Shown here: positions 11,001 through 18,142 of the stretch, piece after piece
How positions within the stretch are numbered: the first letter of the stretch is position 1
Layout: every line of letters begins with the position of its first letter
The notes under the pieces: generated by a model
The model's database searches: none
What the model saw: only the letters and a program-made list of their open reading frames with translations
Told to the model about the DNA's origin: nothing
Virus record (IMG/VR): IMGVR_UViG_3300005573_000148
Location: 1-43,010 of that record
Strand: one strand, 5' to 3'
From: a virus
Lineage: Duplodnaviria > Caudoviricetes
DNA: 43,010 bases
Program-made: the position numbers and the translations under genes

Positions 11001-11502
11001 TCATTATCGCCCGGGGCATCTTCATAATGCCGCCCACGCCCCGCACGGCGCTTGCCCCTAGCTCGTTTAAAAAGCCCCGCTCCCCGGTTCCCTCGTCTTT
11101 GGAAAGCATGGAAGGCCCGGAAGGTTCCGGGGGGGATGCTACACCCTTGCCTCCCCCTAGACCGTCGCTCCTGGGGATTTCTACGGTCGCGGTTTCAGGA
11201 CCAGGAGCCATTTTTTCGGGGGTAGGGGGGGGAGCAGGGGCAGGAGGCTCCCCGGGCACCCCGCCGCCGAGGGCGCTAAAGTCAGGCGGGGAAGGCTTGG
11301 CAGCCGGGGCCGCAGGTTTAGGTGCAGGGGCCGCAGCTAGGCCGAACTGCCTCTCCAAAGCCGCAAGTTTTTCCTCGCCTGAATGGGGACTCTCCGCAAC
11401 CGGGGTTGCCGGCGGAGGAGAGGCAGATGAGCCAAGCCCGAACTGTCTCTCCAGGGCCGCAAGTTTTTCCTCTCCAGACGGAGAAACCTGTTCGTCAGCC
11501 AT
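2083..11502 (-). CDS. Giant polyvalent/DNA-ejection protein (ddrB-like ParB domain, zincin HExxH domain, helical C-terminal region)
   Basis: 3139 aa with GGAG RBS. Pro/Ala-rich N-terminus and Gly/Ala hydrophobic helices typical of ejection proteins; ELDDIVASHD..NPKYPQELQPRDR..GAPIL..ESGNGRT (ParB-like, ~8300-9330); LDHEIWH (~5720-5745). Confidence 0.85.
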   Translation of the reverse strand: MADEQVSPSGEEKLAALERQFGLGSSASPPPATPVAESPHSGEEKLAALERQFGLAAAPAPKPAAPAAKPSPPDFSALGGGVPGEPPAPAPPPTPEKMAPGPETATVEIPRSDGLGGGKGVASPPEPSGPSMLSKDEGTGERGFLNELGASAVRGVGGIMKMPRAIMNVFGVHTGEGLAESGEELEKEYAASPSVSKGITESPSVLTNPKWWASTLPSLAVQLIPIAIAALGGEVAAPALGVGAAAGEAIGGMAAGGLIGVSDAGERMLAWEKEHGQELPTTEKILIGLGSGVAGTFLPGMTLTKLVGKEGEKILASKVIREIFKGKTGQAIADRAVRAAYGGGAMAGFSVIENAFEKYGYNPDRQLTQGVLESLITGTAISGIHGEIGLQRQKWAKDKAMADFFGGKPTGQGYEFGGGEEAWRNDLLAELQGAYTDALKVIDRRGQSREGTPQVIGEEPAPQQILDAQGKPAVEAKVQAALQKQPFERTAEEKLLADQAEKQGIDIREYAGPRPMATAGTAAIEVSKAPEPTKAEVPSEKKAAPEKKAETPLLDRINEAPPPDEPPSSAPSQAGGGGTVGIASTPAETGKDFKDWIQEKSPEKKLLGGIQDYLSRPGNNLIFDNKVFDDPTRFRLNKQKELQVKVGNRWRTVDADTLAQWQEKVGMKAAEPTTPQTPPAPMGVPGVTSEDVGKIEPETPDEKPSTGRDSFKEAAALGNKGVAKTADGTKVPYQWGVVELDDIVASHDHVNLEENPKYPQELQPRDREAAPNELELANLQNIFDTDYPFVQTPSSSSGAPILGPDMLMESGNGRTIIFRRFQTGGDPRWPEYRQKLLDKAEEYGIDPEAIKDMKDPALVRIRTNKISDAERRELVKKMNVSEVGKMGDVEYAKLDARALMEGDILDLFRPEYGLETGENKDFRSAFLGRIVGPKEVKEFLTDEGGTNDKGYARIRRALFALAYQSPDALERLASKTDDPAKNITDALLRVAPRVAKIDREIGKGNLYPLSISQNMAEAAGIQVWIKENIANVPAGMDPYEFYLKQKGLFEQPAPETLDILALYQKYKGAPKKLADIFNEYLKTVEKAGNPRQPDMFGATAVPDKRVALEAAVKLIDEAKYGQEKGPLGFQGAKAAPEPRAGGPGGTASEDTTGPGGEEGPQGQGPALKEPPKFSIKPKRQDSLFQEVMDKFKDLDPERVRQVLRTLPSEEPPHVVAALAADPELFNKVQQANIRLEMQKKEAAAKKDKGQASLFGDEPPPGRLFNVQKSVAKEFAPIFYSMTRKSLEAKLPGKGNGEQLASLIEGWMKKGDPKHPIKAEELKWSGLLPWLREQQGTVTKQQVVDFLEENQVELTEVVRQIPNYEIETGKYAHDAPTKFEEWIKLPPGAINYTERLLTLPDRRKDALWKKAQEAANFLGIPLDKVSITKLKEAKAPEDLIDGFSKWMFPAGGKYWGPEFRVPGAHAYGEEAADVNRFAHVFTFDLTIGGKKTLVLWELQNDWNMARRKQAAKLAKAEGLEKGTPEFKKRVNELAVGDAILRDPTDGSQVPPLAFFKNWHEVALKKMIRHAAENGYDAVAWATGDIVKDRYALSQHIDAIRYLPAESPTGEQIPGYYEVEILKDGRLIDEETFDAQELEEHFGKEIAERIVNGEGVAEAPDGSFYERGWPEAVVEKNGQFYIRYDNGEEWGVYASMSDAERDMWRQQDALSEEPPVIKALRGLDLQVGAEWANRFYDETIPNFLKKYGKQWGARAEDKEFDIPEPAPPHFVGGPDILGKKGTLHTLNITPAMQDAVLYQGQPLYRTGQGEPALGLGVSTKKIQKRLGKNGTVRELDVAQDENYLRAWEITTKGGLSATILESKDRSLHLSLGTELNAEYDALGIAFQPGDIVAGAHRALRFGNTIKFGSVIELAKGQGPRVLDHEIWHLVEFWLLNEKERAKIAKKYGENEESRANAYMAWDPKKDPDTIFQKILDFFKTLLKAVSGYESAEDIFAKVRSGEIFERAPRVPEGLAPAKRSVEPGEEKLIQHGQQELAKRYEVDPEKVVFNGISRDFGLMFFDIMDPQHPRYLSTLSLPLGEAKFSVQRGGPPDDFLLGVEGMGDTAETRQDWTPETPMTFKRFSRELLKDNEALKTRLTMPGNREIPLYIGERFTDRAGNQIIDQKGRTRFLNDQEIWERFYKPQRPLIGQTGGTEAVPPNPLLPPEGTVEPPPNKKPGWLEPVRRSLKEKISVNTISNMAKYAHQSLVEHMGWAAREMDKAAKVLDKYLPLFGKMDQDALNRFTDIAEDGEKNLEEAVRNGELSPEHLEAAQAWRRLSDGFHFLIAHQKGDQFAYWKEYFPRMAKKPEMAQEIISQYLSSHGRRGGGAAGFLEARKILKTSTLFKPKLLVRESADGGFEVVKRDLYENKDSVVQTFDNRADAETMVKEKGGLGLEPLDTNYVTMMKANLWEKARWLMDNYIKNDLTETGFMGTKKMPGWVPVADKGIWRGNWAHPDLASVIEKHLSPGMRNDPLFKLYYEPFSFMNEAFVGFSAFHASFSTLSFFSHGIGMNLPRAIGAALRGDFKTMNFHLGQLAKTANLPGSLMEAGKYIQQWKNPQAHPELEFMVDLLQRGGTRVKTDAFSKVSQSFADAWAENKMGLPRQIIKAMAWPIMNWLVPRFKIIAEVRRLEAEIFKAKQEGRILSREDLTGLAQQVTREGDNIFGQMIYDNLGMKRGFKDLLGLYVGFPGWNLGSLKIIKDAGMGAVHLVSEPARYLAEALTGGKPKWQAMTREQRMGLEFMVGMTLTMAVGSAIIQRLLAGEWPKDGADLFMPRTGSLLTNGEPERMRLPTYMRDVLSLNHPVSMIQHKMAFPFRLASELVNNQDYFGTQIRDPWASTGEQAGQVLDFVGKSLLPFGVQGVMNTEDPRAKWLNVAGLTKVPREYTNTPALQIIDEYNQLTRATTTTRETAAMKETKANLTKIARAGDEEGFQDAAEKAVDEGKLTRQQVKEIVKESQQPPGVSRFTKLPLEWALRVWDAASDYEKERWKPYFLKKIMGEKPETLIKHREETAGALEGMGLKDAADTVRDLTMPKESTQFDLSNLGQLMQNPELADTDVLDLALTGAIEKKLAPKPSKKSIPRVRVQTKEKKNKYGVLGL

Positions 11503-11510
11503 TTCTCCCT

Positions 11511-12623
11511 CTATTCAAACGGAACCGCCAGTTGTTCGCCAAATTCTTTGAAAGAGGGCAAATGACCCAGGCCACTCACCCCGCTCCCGGCGGAAAGATT
11601 CTGGCCGGCATCGGTATCAGTAAAAAATCCAGTTTTCTTTGGCTCCTGCTGTTTCTGTGCAGCGGTGGTGACCTTTGCCATTAGCGCCTTCCAGGTATCG
11701 GGGTCGCTACTCGCCTTAGCCAAGAAGGCGTTAGCATCAAAACCGCGAGGCAGGGGTTGAGTTTGGAGATAATTGCGAGCCTCTTGCCGCTCTTCAAAAT
11801 GCTTGAAGCCCGCCTCTCCCCCTTGAGCGCGGGCGATGTTTTCGGCGGCCATGGCGTCCCGGGCCTGGTTCTCATCCTTGGGGGTGAAAGTCATTTTGCC
11901 ATCTTTATAGGTGCTGTACGGACTTTCGGACATGAGCCGCTGAAATGACGCCACGCCCTGCTTCTCGTTGGTTTTCCCCTCCCCGCCGGTCAAGGCCGCA
12001 TCTTTCTCCCGCGCCATAGCGCCGTAAAGCTCGCCCTTGCCGATTTTCTCCGGGTCCTGATTAGCTTTGGAGGCCGTAATCTCCGCCACGGTCTGCCCCG
12101 GGGCTCGGTAATCACCGTACCGGGCCTGTGCCGCCTCGACAAGGCCGGGCCTGGTTAACCTCTCCCGGTCAGACCGAGCCGCAATATCCCCCAGGTTCTT
12201 TTGCAGCATCCCCCGGTTATAGGCTTGTTGGGCCTGCAAAGGCGTGGCATACTCCGCATCAGAAAACTGGCGTCCCGGGAGGCCCGAGTTGTACGTGGTG
12301 GTGTTCCCCCGCATGACCGCGATGGGTGCGGGAGCCCCGGCGCCGGCGTTGAAGGAGGTCGGCTCCCCTATCTCCTTCCCCCTCTCCGCGGCCTGGGCCA
12401 GGTGCATTTGGGCGGTGCCGCCGGGCGCACTCCCCCCACCAGGCGCCGGCCCCCCGCCTCCCCCGGCGCCGGCGGAAGCAAACCTTCCCGGGGGCATGCC
12501 GGGTAAATGGCCTGGGCCAGAATGGTCCGGAACTACAATGGGTTGGCGCGATGCCGCATACTGGAGGTTCGCCCGGTATTCGGCGGGGTGCAAATACGCC
12601 GTGACAAGATCAGTTCCCGGCAT
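11511..12623 (-). CDS. Probable internal virion/ejection protein
   Basis: Start reassigned to the ATG at 12623 (AAGGAGG upstream, overlaps the previous stop). Gly/Ala/Gln-rich, directly upstream of the giant protein. Confidence 0.65.
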   Translation of the reverse strand: MPGTDLVTAYLHPAEYRANLQYAASRQPIVVPDHSGPGHLPGMPPGRFASAGAGGGGGPAPGGGSAPGGTAQMHLAQAAERGKEIGEPTSFNAGAGAPAPIAVMRGNTTTYNSGLPGRQFSDAEYATPLQAQQAYNRGMLQKNLGDIAARSDRERLTRPGLVEAAQARYGDYRAPGQTVAEITASKANQDPEKIGKGELYGAMAREKDAALTGGEGKTNEKQGVASFQRLMSESPYSTYKDGKMTFTPKDENQARDAMAAENIARAQGGEAGFKHFEERQEARNYLQTQPLPRGFDANAFLAKASSDPDTWKALMAKVTTAAQKQQEPKKTGFFTDTDAGQNLSAGSGVSGLGHLPSFKEFGEQLAVPFE

Positions 12624-13620
12624 TTTCGGCCTCCTTGTCGTAAAAGAGGACGGGGACAATCTGCCAGTTGCTTTGATCCCCGCCAAAATTCTTCATGTCG
12701 TCGTCTTTCCAAAGCTGTGAGTCTTTGTCGGCGGCCACGTCCTTGAGGATCGCCACCTTATCACCGACCTTATACTCGGAGTAATCCGAGGGGGTCGCCT
12801 TGTATTCCTTCCCCCGCCAACTCACCGTGTAGAGCGGAAAAGGCCGCTCATCCGTGGGGTCCTCGATGCTTTTGACCTTGGCCCCGGTGTAAAACACCGT
12901 GTCCGCCCAATTCCCGGAGAAGATGAAGGGAGAACTCTTCTGCTTGCCGGCCCCCGTTCCCCAGGGCTCATCCGGCATCATCCTGACGCCTAATGCCATA
13001 AACTGTCCCGGGGTAGGATATTTCGGGGGGGTATCCTGGTCTTTCAGAAACCTTGTCCGCAGCCACCAATGGAGCTTGGGTTTCGGCTCTCCCCCCAAGT
13101 TGCGGGCCATGAGCTTCACGTGCTTGGGATGCAGATAGAGAAAATTCAAAAGGGTCCGGTCCGCCGGGGCTCCTTTGAAAAACGGCCTTGGGCAGGGGGC
13201 CGCAGGCTTTCCCGTACCGTCTTTGACGTCGAAATCCCCCTTCTTGTCGCCCTGGCAGATGAGGACCAACATTTCCACACACTCCAGGGGGATGCCCCCC
13301 AGGAAATCGACAAAGCCATAAGCCGGGGCCGTGACTGCTTCCGAATATTTGAAATCCTTCCCATACTTGGGAAACTCGAAGCGACAGGCAAAGACCGTAT
13401 CCTCACCATCCCGGTTCTGGAAAAGGTAGATGCCGAGGTCGTCGGCCAGGTCTTTCAGGTCGTCAGCGCCCGTTTCCTTGGTGATAATGTCCACCGCCGG
13501 GTCGTCTTTATTGAGCCACCAGGTATAGGGCATGGTGTCCCGCCAGCGCCCCATGGGGAACCTTTGAAACTCCTGGACAAACTCCGGTGCGGCGGGATTC
13601 CTGGCCCAATCCTTAGTCAT
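12610..13620 (-). CDS. Hypothetical virion-associated protein
   Basis: 336 aa, TAATG-coupled to the upstream gene. C-terminal YKVGDKVAILK segment looks OB-fold-like (inference). Confidence 0.7.
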   Translation of the reverse strand: MTKDWARNPAAPEFVQEFQRFPMGRWRDTMPYTWWLNKDDPAVDIITKETGADDLKDLADDLGIYLFQNRDGEDTVFACRFEFPKYGKDFKYSEAVTAPAYGFVDFLGGIPLECVEMLVLICQGDKKGDFDVKDGTGKPAAPCPRPFFKGAPADRTLLNFLYLHPKHVKLMARNLGGEPKPKLHWWLRTRFLKDQDTPPKYPTPGQFMALGVRMMPDEPWGTGAGKQKSSPFIFSGNWADTVFYTGAKVKSIEDPTDERPFPLYTVSWRGKEYKATPSDYSEYKVGDKVAILKDVAADKDSQLWKDDDMKNFGGDQSNWQIVPVLFYDKEAENAGN

Positions 13621-14786
13621 TACTCACCCGAAATAACCAACGTCTCATCGTTTTTGCTAATGTGTTGGTGCAACTGATTCTTGCAAGCCCACCGCCGGGC
13701 TGCGTTGACAAGCTGTTTTGCCACGGTGTCGGCGCTGTCCAACTGCCGCTTTTGGGAGCTACGGCTGTCCTGGACGGCCATGCGATACCGGGCCAGTTCC
13801 ATGATTAAGGCTGCTTCCGCCGCGAGCTCATCGAGGGTATGGCTGCTCTCATACTGGAAAACCTCCTGGGAGACTTGGGCGTCCCGTAGCCGTAAATCCT
13901 CAGCCGCTTTTTCTGCCGCCAAAAGGACGTTGGTATCAGCGGCCATGGTTTCGGCGGTCTGCTCCAGGATGAACTCGACGGCCTTGCGCTCATTCCACAG
14001 GGCAAGCATATCGTTGAGCTTCATGGCTACCCAGGTGAAGGCGTCCGCCACTTCCTGGGTTTCCACCCCCAGGCGGATTTGAGCGAGGCCCCGGGTCACA
14101 ATGTCCGCGAAAATCATGGCAACCTTGGCCTGTAATTCCGCCTTCTCAGCCTGGGCCATAGCGATTTTTACCTGGGCGTCCACCAACTGGACCTCAGCTT
14201 CGCCGGCAGAGATTTGGGCCTCCACCGCCCGGACCTGGGCCTTGGCTACCTCCACCTGGGCCTTGGCGACGTCCGCTTCCACCATGGCCCGGTTGATGGC
14301 CTCTTCCTTGATCTTGATCTTGACTTCCTTCTGGCGCAGGACCTCCCGGTCAATCTCTATCTCGAGCTTGGGAGTTTCCAGAGCAAGCTTCTGGAGGTCC
14401 ACGCCGGCGGCGAACTCCCGGGCAGCCATGATAATGCCCCGGACGTGGGCGTCATAGCGGCGCACCGCCAGGAGGTAGTCATGAGTGGCCTGGTAGATTG
14501 CCAATTTCTCGTAACCCAAGGCCACCTTGAGGTCGGCAATCTGCCTTTCCTGGGCGATCCCCTTCAACTCCAGGTCTGTCGCCGTGTCCCGTTCGGTCTC
14601 CTTCACACCCAAAATCTCATCACTGGCCGCGAGGCTTTGCTCAATGGTGCCCTGGTGCATGAGGTTCCGGGTAGCCTCGTGCTCGGCCACCGGCATAAGG
14701 ATGCCGGCCCAATCGAGATTGACCCACAGGCTGCCGTCGCGCTCCCGGGTGCGCTGCCTCAACTCGATTTTCTCGACGCTATCCAC
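13620..14786 (-). CDS. Long coiled-coil protein (virion/ejection candidate)
   Basis: Ala/Glu/Gln heptad-rich. Start probably the GTG at 14786 (GAGGA upstream, overlapping the upstream gene end) rather than 14873. Confidence 0.7.
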   Translation of the reverse strand: MDSVEKIELRQRTRERDGSLWVNLDWAGILMPVAEHEATRNLMHQGTIEQSLAASDEILGVKETERDTATDLELKGIAQERQIADLKVALGYEKLAIYQATHDYLLAVRRYDAHVRGIIMAAREFAAGVDLQKLALETPKLEIEIDREVLRQKEVKIKIKEEAINRAMVEADVAKAQVEVAKAQVRAVEAQISAGEAEVQLVDAQVKIAMAQAEKAELQAKVAMIFADIVTRGLAQIRLGVETQEVADAFTWVAMKLNDMLALWNERKAVEFILEQTAETMAADTNVLLAAEKAAEDLRLRDAQVSQEVFQYESSHTLDELAAEAALIMELARYRMAVQDSRSSQKRQLDSADTVAKQLVNAARRWACKNQLHQHISKNDETLVISGE

Positions 14787-15984
14787 CGATAATCCTCTTG
14801 CTATTGGTATCAGAGGAGTTAATGGAGAGCCATGCTTTGCCGGCCTCCTGCCGGATGGTAAAATCATCGTCACTCGCCCGGGCGCTGATATTCGTCAGGA
14901 AGGAGGCAAGCTCCGCCGAAAGATTTTTCAACTCATCGGTGAGGACCATTTCTTCGGCAATAATGTTGTTGTGCTGCCGGGTAAGATGAGAACTCAGGTT
15001 CAGATAAATCTTCTCCTCTTCCAGGGCCTTCCGAAGCTGAATGATGTTGGCCTGGATCTGATTGTGGTAGTTGGCTAAGAGAATATGGGCCTGTTCCCGG
15101 GCAATTTTCAGGGCCTCCTCAGCCCTTACCCGCTCCGCCTTCACCACCTCGTAATCCAACTCCGCTGCCCGGTTAAGGTGGTCAGCTTCTTCCTGGGTCC
15201 ACTTCAACCGCAGGCGCTCATACCCCAGGAGCTCTAGCTGCTTTTTGGCCTCAGCCTCTTGCTTAACTGCCACGGCTAGCTGTTGCTCGGCGTCGGCCTC
15301 CATCATGTAATACGGCACCATCTCCTCTTTTAAGGCCGCAATAATCTTGTGAGCCGCGAGGACCTGTTGCAGGGATGCGGCCTTCTGCCTTTCGGCCACG
15401 AGGACTAGCTGTTCGGCGGCCAGGACCTGATAGATGGAGTTGATAATCTCCAGGCGCTTGAGGGCCGTCTGATACTCCTCTTCCACCAGGGTCCTTTGCA
15501 GGGGGATGGTAGCTTCCTGAGTGGCGACAAGCTCTTTCTGCAAGACCAGAAGGCTTTGTTCGGCCAGGGCCCGGTCCCGGATAATGTGCACCTGGCGGGA
15601 CTCAATCTCCGCTAACCACCGTTCCACATCGGCCCGTTGTTCCTGGACGGCCTGGTCAATCCGGGCTTGCTCCAACTCCAGGGCGTCCATAATTTCCACC
15701 CGGTAAAGCTCCATGGCGAGGCGGGCCAGGGTGACTTTCACCTTCTGGCGCAGGGCCTCCTCCTCAAAGAGGACCTGGCTCTCGATGTCGTAAATCTTGC
15801 CGTTGGCCTCGACGAGTTGGGCCTTGGCCTCCTGGCCGGCGGTGATAATGGCGTCGAGGTCGCCCCCGGGGGGAGCCGGAAACCCCCGGGCCGCGGAGCC
15901 GTCAAGCTGCTTCTCGACGGCCTGGGTAAACTCCTTCACCGTCTTGTTAAGGGCTTGGCCCCACCTAGCGGCATCTTGCAGCAT
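14779..15984 (-). CDS. Long coiled-coil protein (virion/ejection candidate)
   Basis: 401 aa, almost wholly helical E/Q/A/L composition; GAGGT RBS. Confidence 0.75.
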   Translation of the reverse strand: MLQDAARWGQALNKTVKEFTQAVEKQLDGSAARGFPAPPGGDLDAIITAGQEAKAQLVEANGKIYDIESQVLFEEEALRQKVKVTLARLAMELYRVEIMDALELEQARIDQAVQEQRADVERWLAEIESRQVHIIRDRALAEQSLLVLQKELVATQEATIPLQRTLVEEEYQTALKRLEIINSIYQVLAAEQLVLVAERQKAASLQQVLAAHKIIAALKEEMVPYYMMEADAEQQLAVAVKQEAEAKKQLELLGYERLRLKWTQEEADHLNRAAELDYEVVKAERVRAEEALKIAREQAHILLANYHNQIQANIIQLRKALEEEKIYLNLSSHLTRQHNNIIAEEMVLTDELKNLSAELASFLTNISARASDDDFTIRQEAGKAWLSINSSDTNSKRIIGG

Positions 15985-15986
15985 GG

Positions 15987-18131
15987 CTACCTCTTCATTA
16001 AGACCAGGGGCAGGACTTCCACAAATCCTAGTTGCTCAAATCCTTGTAAATCAAGGACAAACTCGTTTCCCTCGACATTTCGGCTCACCGGGATCACATC
16101 TTCCTCTTGTTGAGAGACTTCCTCTTCCCCGCCGGCTGCTACCCTAGCCGTCACCCCCTCAGCCCCGGGCCGGATTAGCCGCAAACGCTTCTGGCGCTCC
16201 GTCCCGAAATTCATCGGCCCCAGGCGCACGCCGCTGACAATGGCCTCCCCGTTATCGTCCGGCCCCTCCAGGAGGTAAATCCCATCCTCCCGGCAACCGT
16301 AGGCCTGGCCCTGGAACATGGCGTAGGATTTGAAGTCGAAACTGGCGTAGAGGCTTGGCTCCAGGGTAAAACCGTTCAAGGCCCAGGTTTCGCTTACCTC
16401 ATCCCCGCCGTTGAGGATCCCGTAACCGGCCAGGCAGAAACCGCCACCCTTGGAGACAATGGAGGTTATCTCCGTGAGCAGATGCTCGACGATCCCCCGG
16501 CCCCCCAGGAGGAAGCCTCCCGGATTGTTGTCCGGGAAGATGCTGATAATGTCCGGGCTGAGGAAGATGTCCGGCTTTTTCCAGGAGCCCCCGAGGAGAA
16601 AACCGCCGTCGCTCTGTATCTGCCAGGGTTTCGGCGGGTCCACCAGGTTGACCTCAGTATCGCTCCCCCCGAAGATAAACCCGCCCTGGCCGACGATAGG
16701 CAGGACCGGCACCGCCCCGGGGTCAACCCAGGTAACGGTAGTGGAACCCCGGAGGAGGAAACCGCCGAAGCTGACAATCTGGAAGGGCCGCAGGTCAGAG
16801 TCAACCAGGAAAGTAACCCGGCTCCGCCCCCCAAAGAGGAAGCCGCCTTTGCTCTGGACCGCGTCGGTTTCAGGGGTTAAGAAAACGTCATGTTCTCCCG
16901 GGGGACCGCCGAAGAGGAAGCCGCCGGATGCCGTCTCCCGGGTGATCAGGTTCGTAACTATGGAGGGAATTTCCCCCAGGGCGGTCAGGGGCTTGAGGCG
17001 GGCGGCCCCCGTCCCGATTACCGGGGCGATGAACCTCCCGCTCCCACTTGCTTTCAGACGAGCAAGAGCGGCAGCCCCCGCCCCCTCTTGTGGCAGAGTT
17101 TCATAACCGGCCGCAATTAGCGGCGCCAGGGAAGCGTCAATGGTCCCCGTGATCGGTGGCCCCGTTAAGCCGGTGCCCCGGGCCGTGGCCGCCTCAAGGG
17201 AGGCCTCTCCCACCCCGGTTACCGCCGGAATCAAATAACCTGCCCCCGCTGCCGTCAAAGGAGCAAGTTTGGCGACGCCCACGCCCCCCGAGATGATAAT
17301 GCCTTCCCCCGCCGCGGTGAGCTTGCGGAGGGCCGCGGCCCCATGCCCGGATACCTGGCTGCCCCTTCCTGATGCCGTGAGCGGTTTGAGGGATGCACTC
17401 CCGGAGCCAGTCCTCGTAAGGTCGTATTCAACCTGGGCCAGGGTTTGATAAACCTGGACCGAGGGCGTAATTTCATATTCCACCTGCCCCATGGCCTGAT
17501 AGACCTGGAGTTTGTCCTGGAAGAGAAGGTCCTGGCTAAATTCGATCCAGGGGCAGAGGTCGGTATTGGTGGTTTCATCTTCCGGCAGGTCGGCCACCGC
17601 CGCGCCGTCCTGGTAGCGGAGGCTGAAACCCATGGAAGTCGTAACGGTGTTGAAAGCCCGAACCCCAAGCTCCACCACCAGGTAATCGCCGTCCTGAGCC
17701 GTGACCGAACCGAGGGCCTTGGAAGCGGGAAAATTGCGGTTGACCAGGCCGGTGTTGTCAAACTCGGAGGCCAGAGCCGCCGGAAAATCGGAGAGCAGGA
17801 TACCCCGCACCGTGAGGCCGTCACCGGACACCACCTTGACCACCAGGGCATGACACATATCCGCGGCGGGGTCCGTCTCGGAGGCCCGCATTTGGCCCTT
17901 GACCGTGCCGGTGATGGTCTGTGCTACAAGGGGTTTGGAGATTAACTGGCGGTTGAGAATGTTATAGGCGGCGGCATTGGTTTCGGTATCGCTCGAAGTC
18001 GCGTTGATGGTGGTGAGCTTGGATCGCGACAGCAACCGTCGCACCGCGTTGGCGGTCTTGTTCCAGTTAGCGTCATAGGCAGGAGTGATCGCCGGCGCCG
18101 CCGTTGCAGTAAAATAAAAGCGGGTGGACAT
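15987..18131 (-). CDS. Tail/tail-fibre-like structural protein with two internal repeat blocks
   Basis: 714 aa; seven GxG-A-L--L-A-G repeats followed by seven GGF(L/I/C)(F/L)xG repeats; lies in the tail module. Confidence 0.7.
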   Translation of the reverse strand: MSTRFYFTATAAPAITPAYDANWNKTANAVRRLLSRSKLTTINATSSDTETNAAAYNILNRQLISKPLVAQTITGTVKGQMRASETDPAADMCHALVVKVVSGDGLTVRGILLSDFPAALASEFDNTGLVNRNFPASKALGSVTAQDGDYLVVELGVRAFNTVTTSMGFSLRYQDGAAVADLPEDETTNTDLCPWIEFSQDLLFQDKLQVYQAMGQVEYEITPSVQVYQTLAQVEYDLTRTGSGSASLKPLTASGRGSQVSGHGAAALRKLTAAGEGIIISGGVGVAKLAPLTAAGAGYLIPAVTGVGEASLEAATARGTGLTGPPITGTIDASLAPLIAAGYETLPQEGAGAAALARLKASGSGRFIAPVIGTGAARLKPLTALGEIPSIVTNLITRETASGGFLFGGPPGEHDVFLTPETDAVQSKGGFLFGGRSRVTFLVDSDLRPFQIVSFGGFLLRGSTTVTWVDPGAVPVLPIVGQGGFIFGGSDTEVNLVDPPKPWQIQSDGGFLLGGSWKKPDIFLSPDIISIFPDNNPGGFLLGGRGIVEHLLTEITSIVSKGGGFCLAGYGILNGGDEVSETWALNGFTLEPSLYASFDFKSYAMFQGQAYGCREDGIYLLEGPDDNGEAIVSGVRLGPMNFGTERQKRLRLIRPGAEGVTARVAAGGEEEVSQQEEDVIPVSRNVEGNEFVLDLQGFEQLGFVEVLPLVLMKR

Positions 18132-18142
18132 GACGACCCCTT

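Noticed and set aside
13620-15984. Tape-measure protein
   Set aside because: Too short, no associated tail tube, sheath or chaperone genes, and the overall gene order is podovirus-like.
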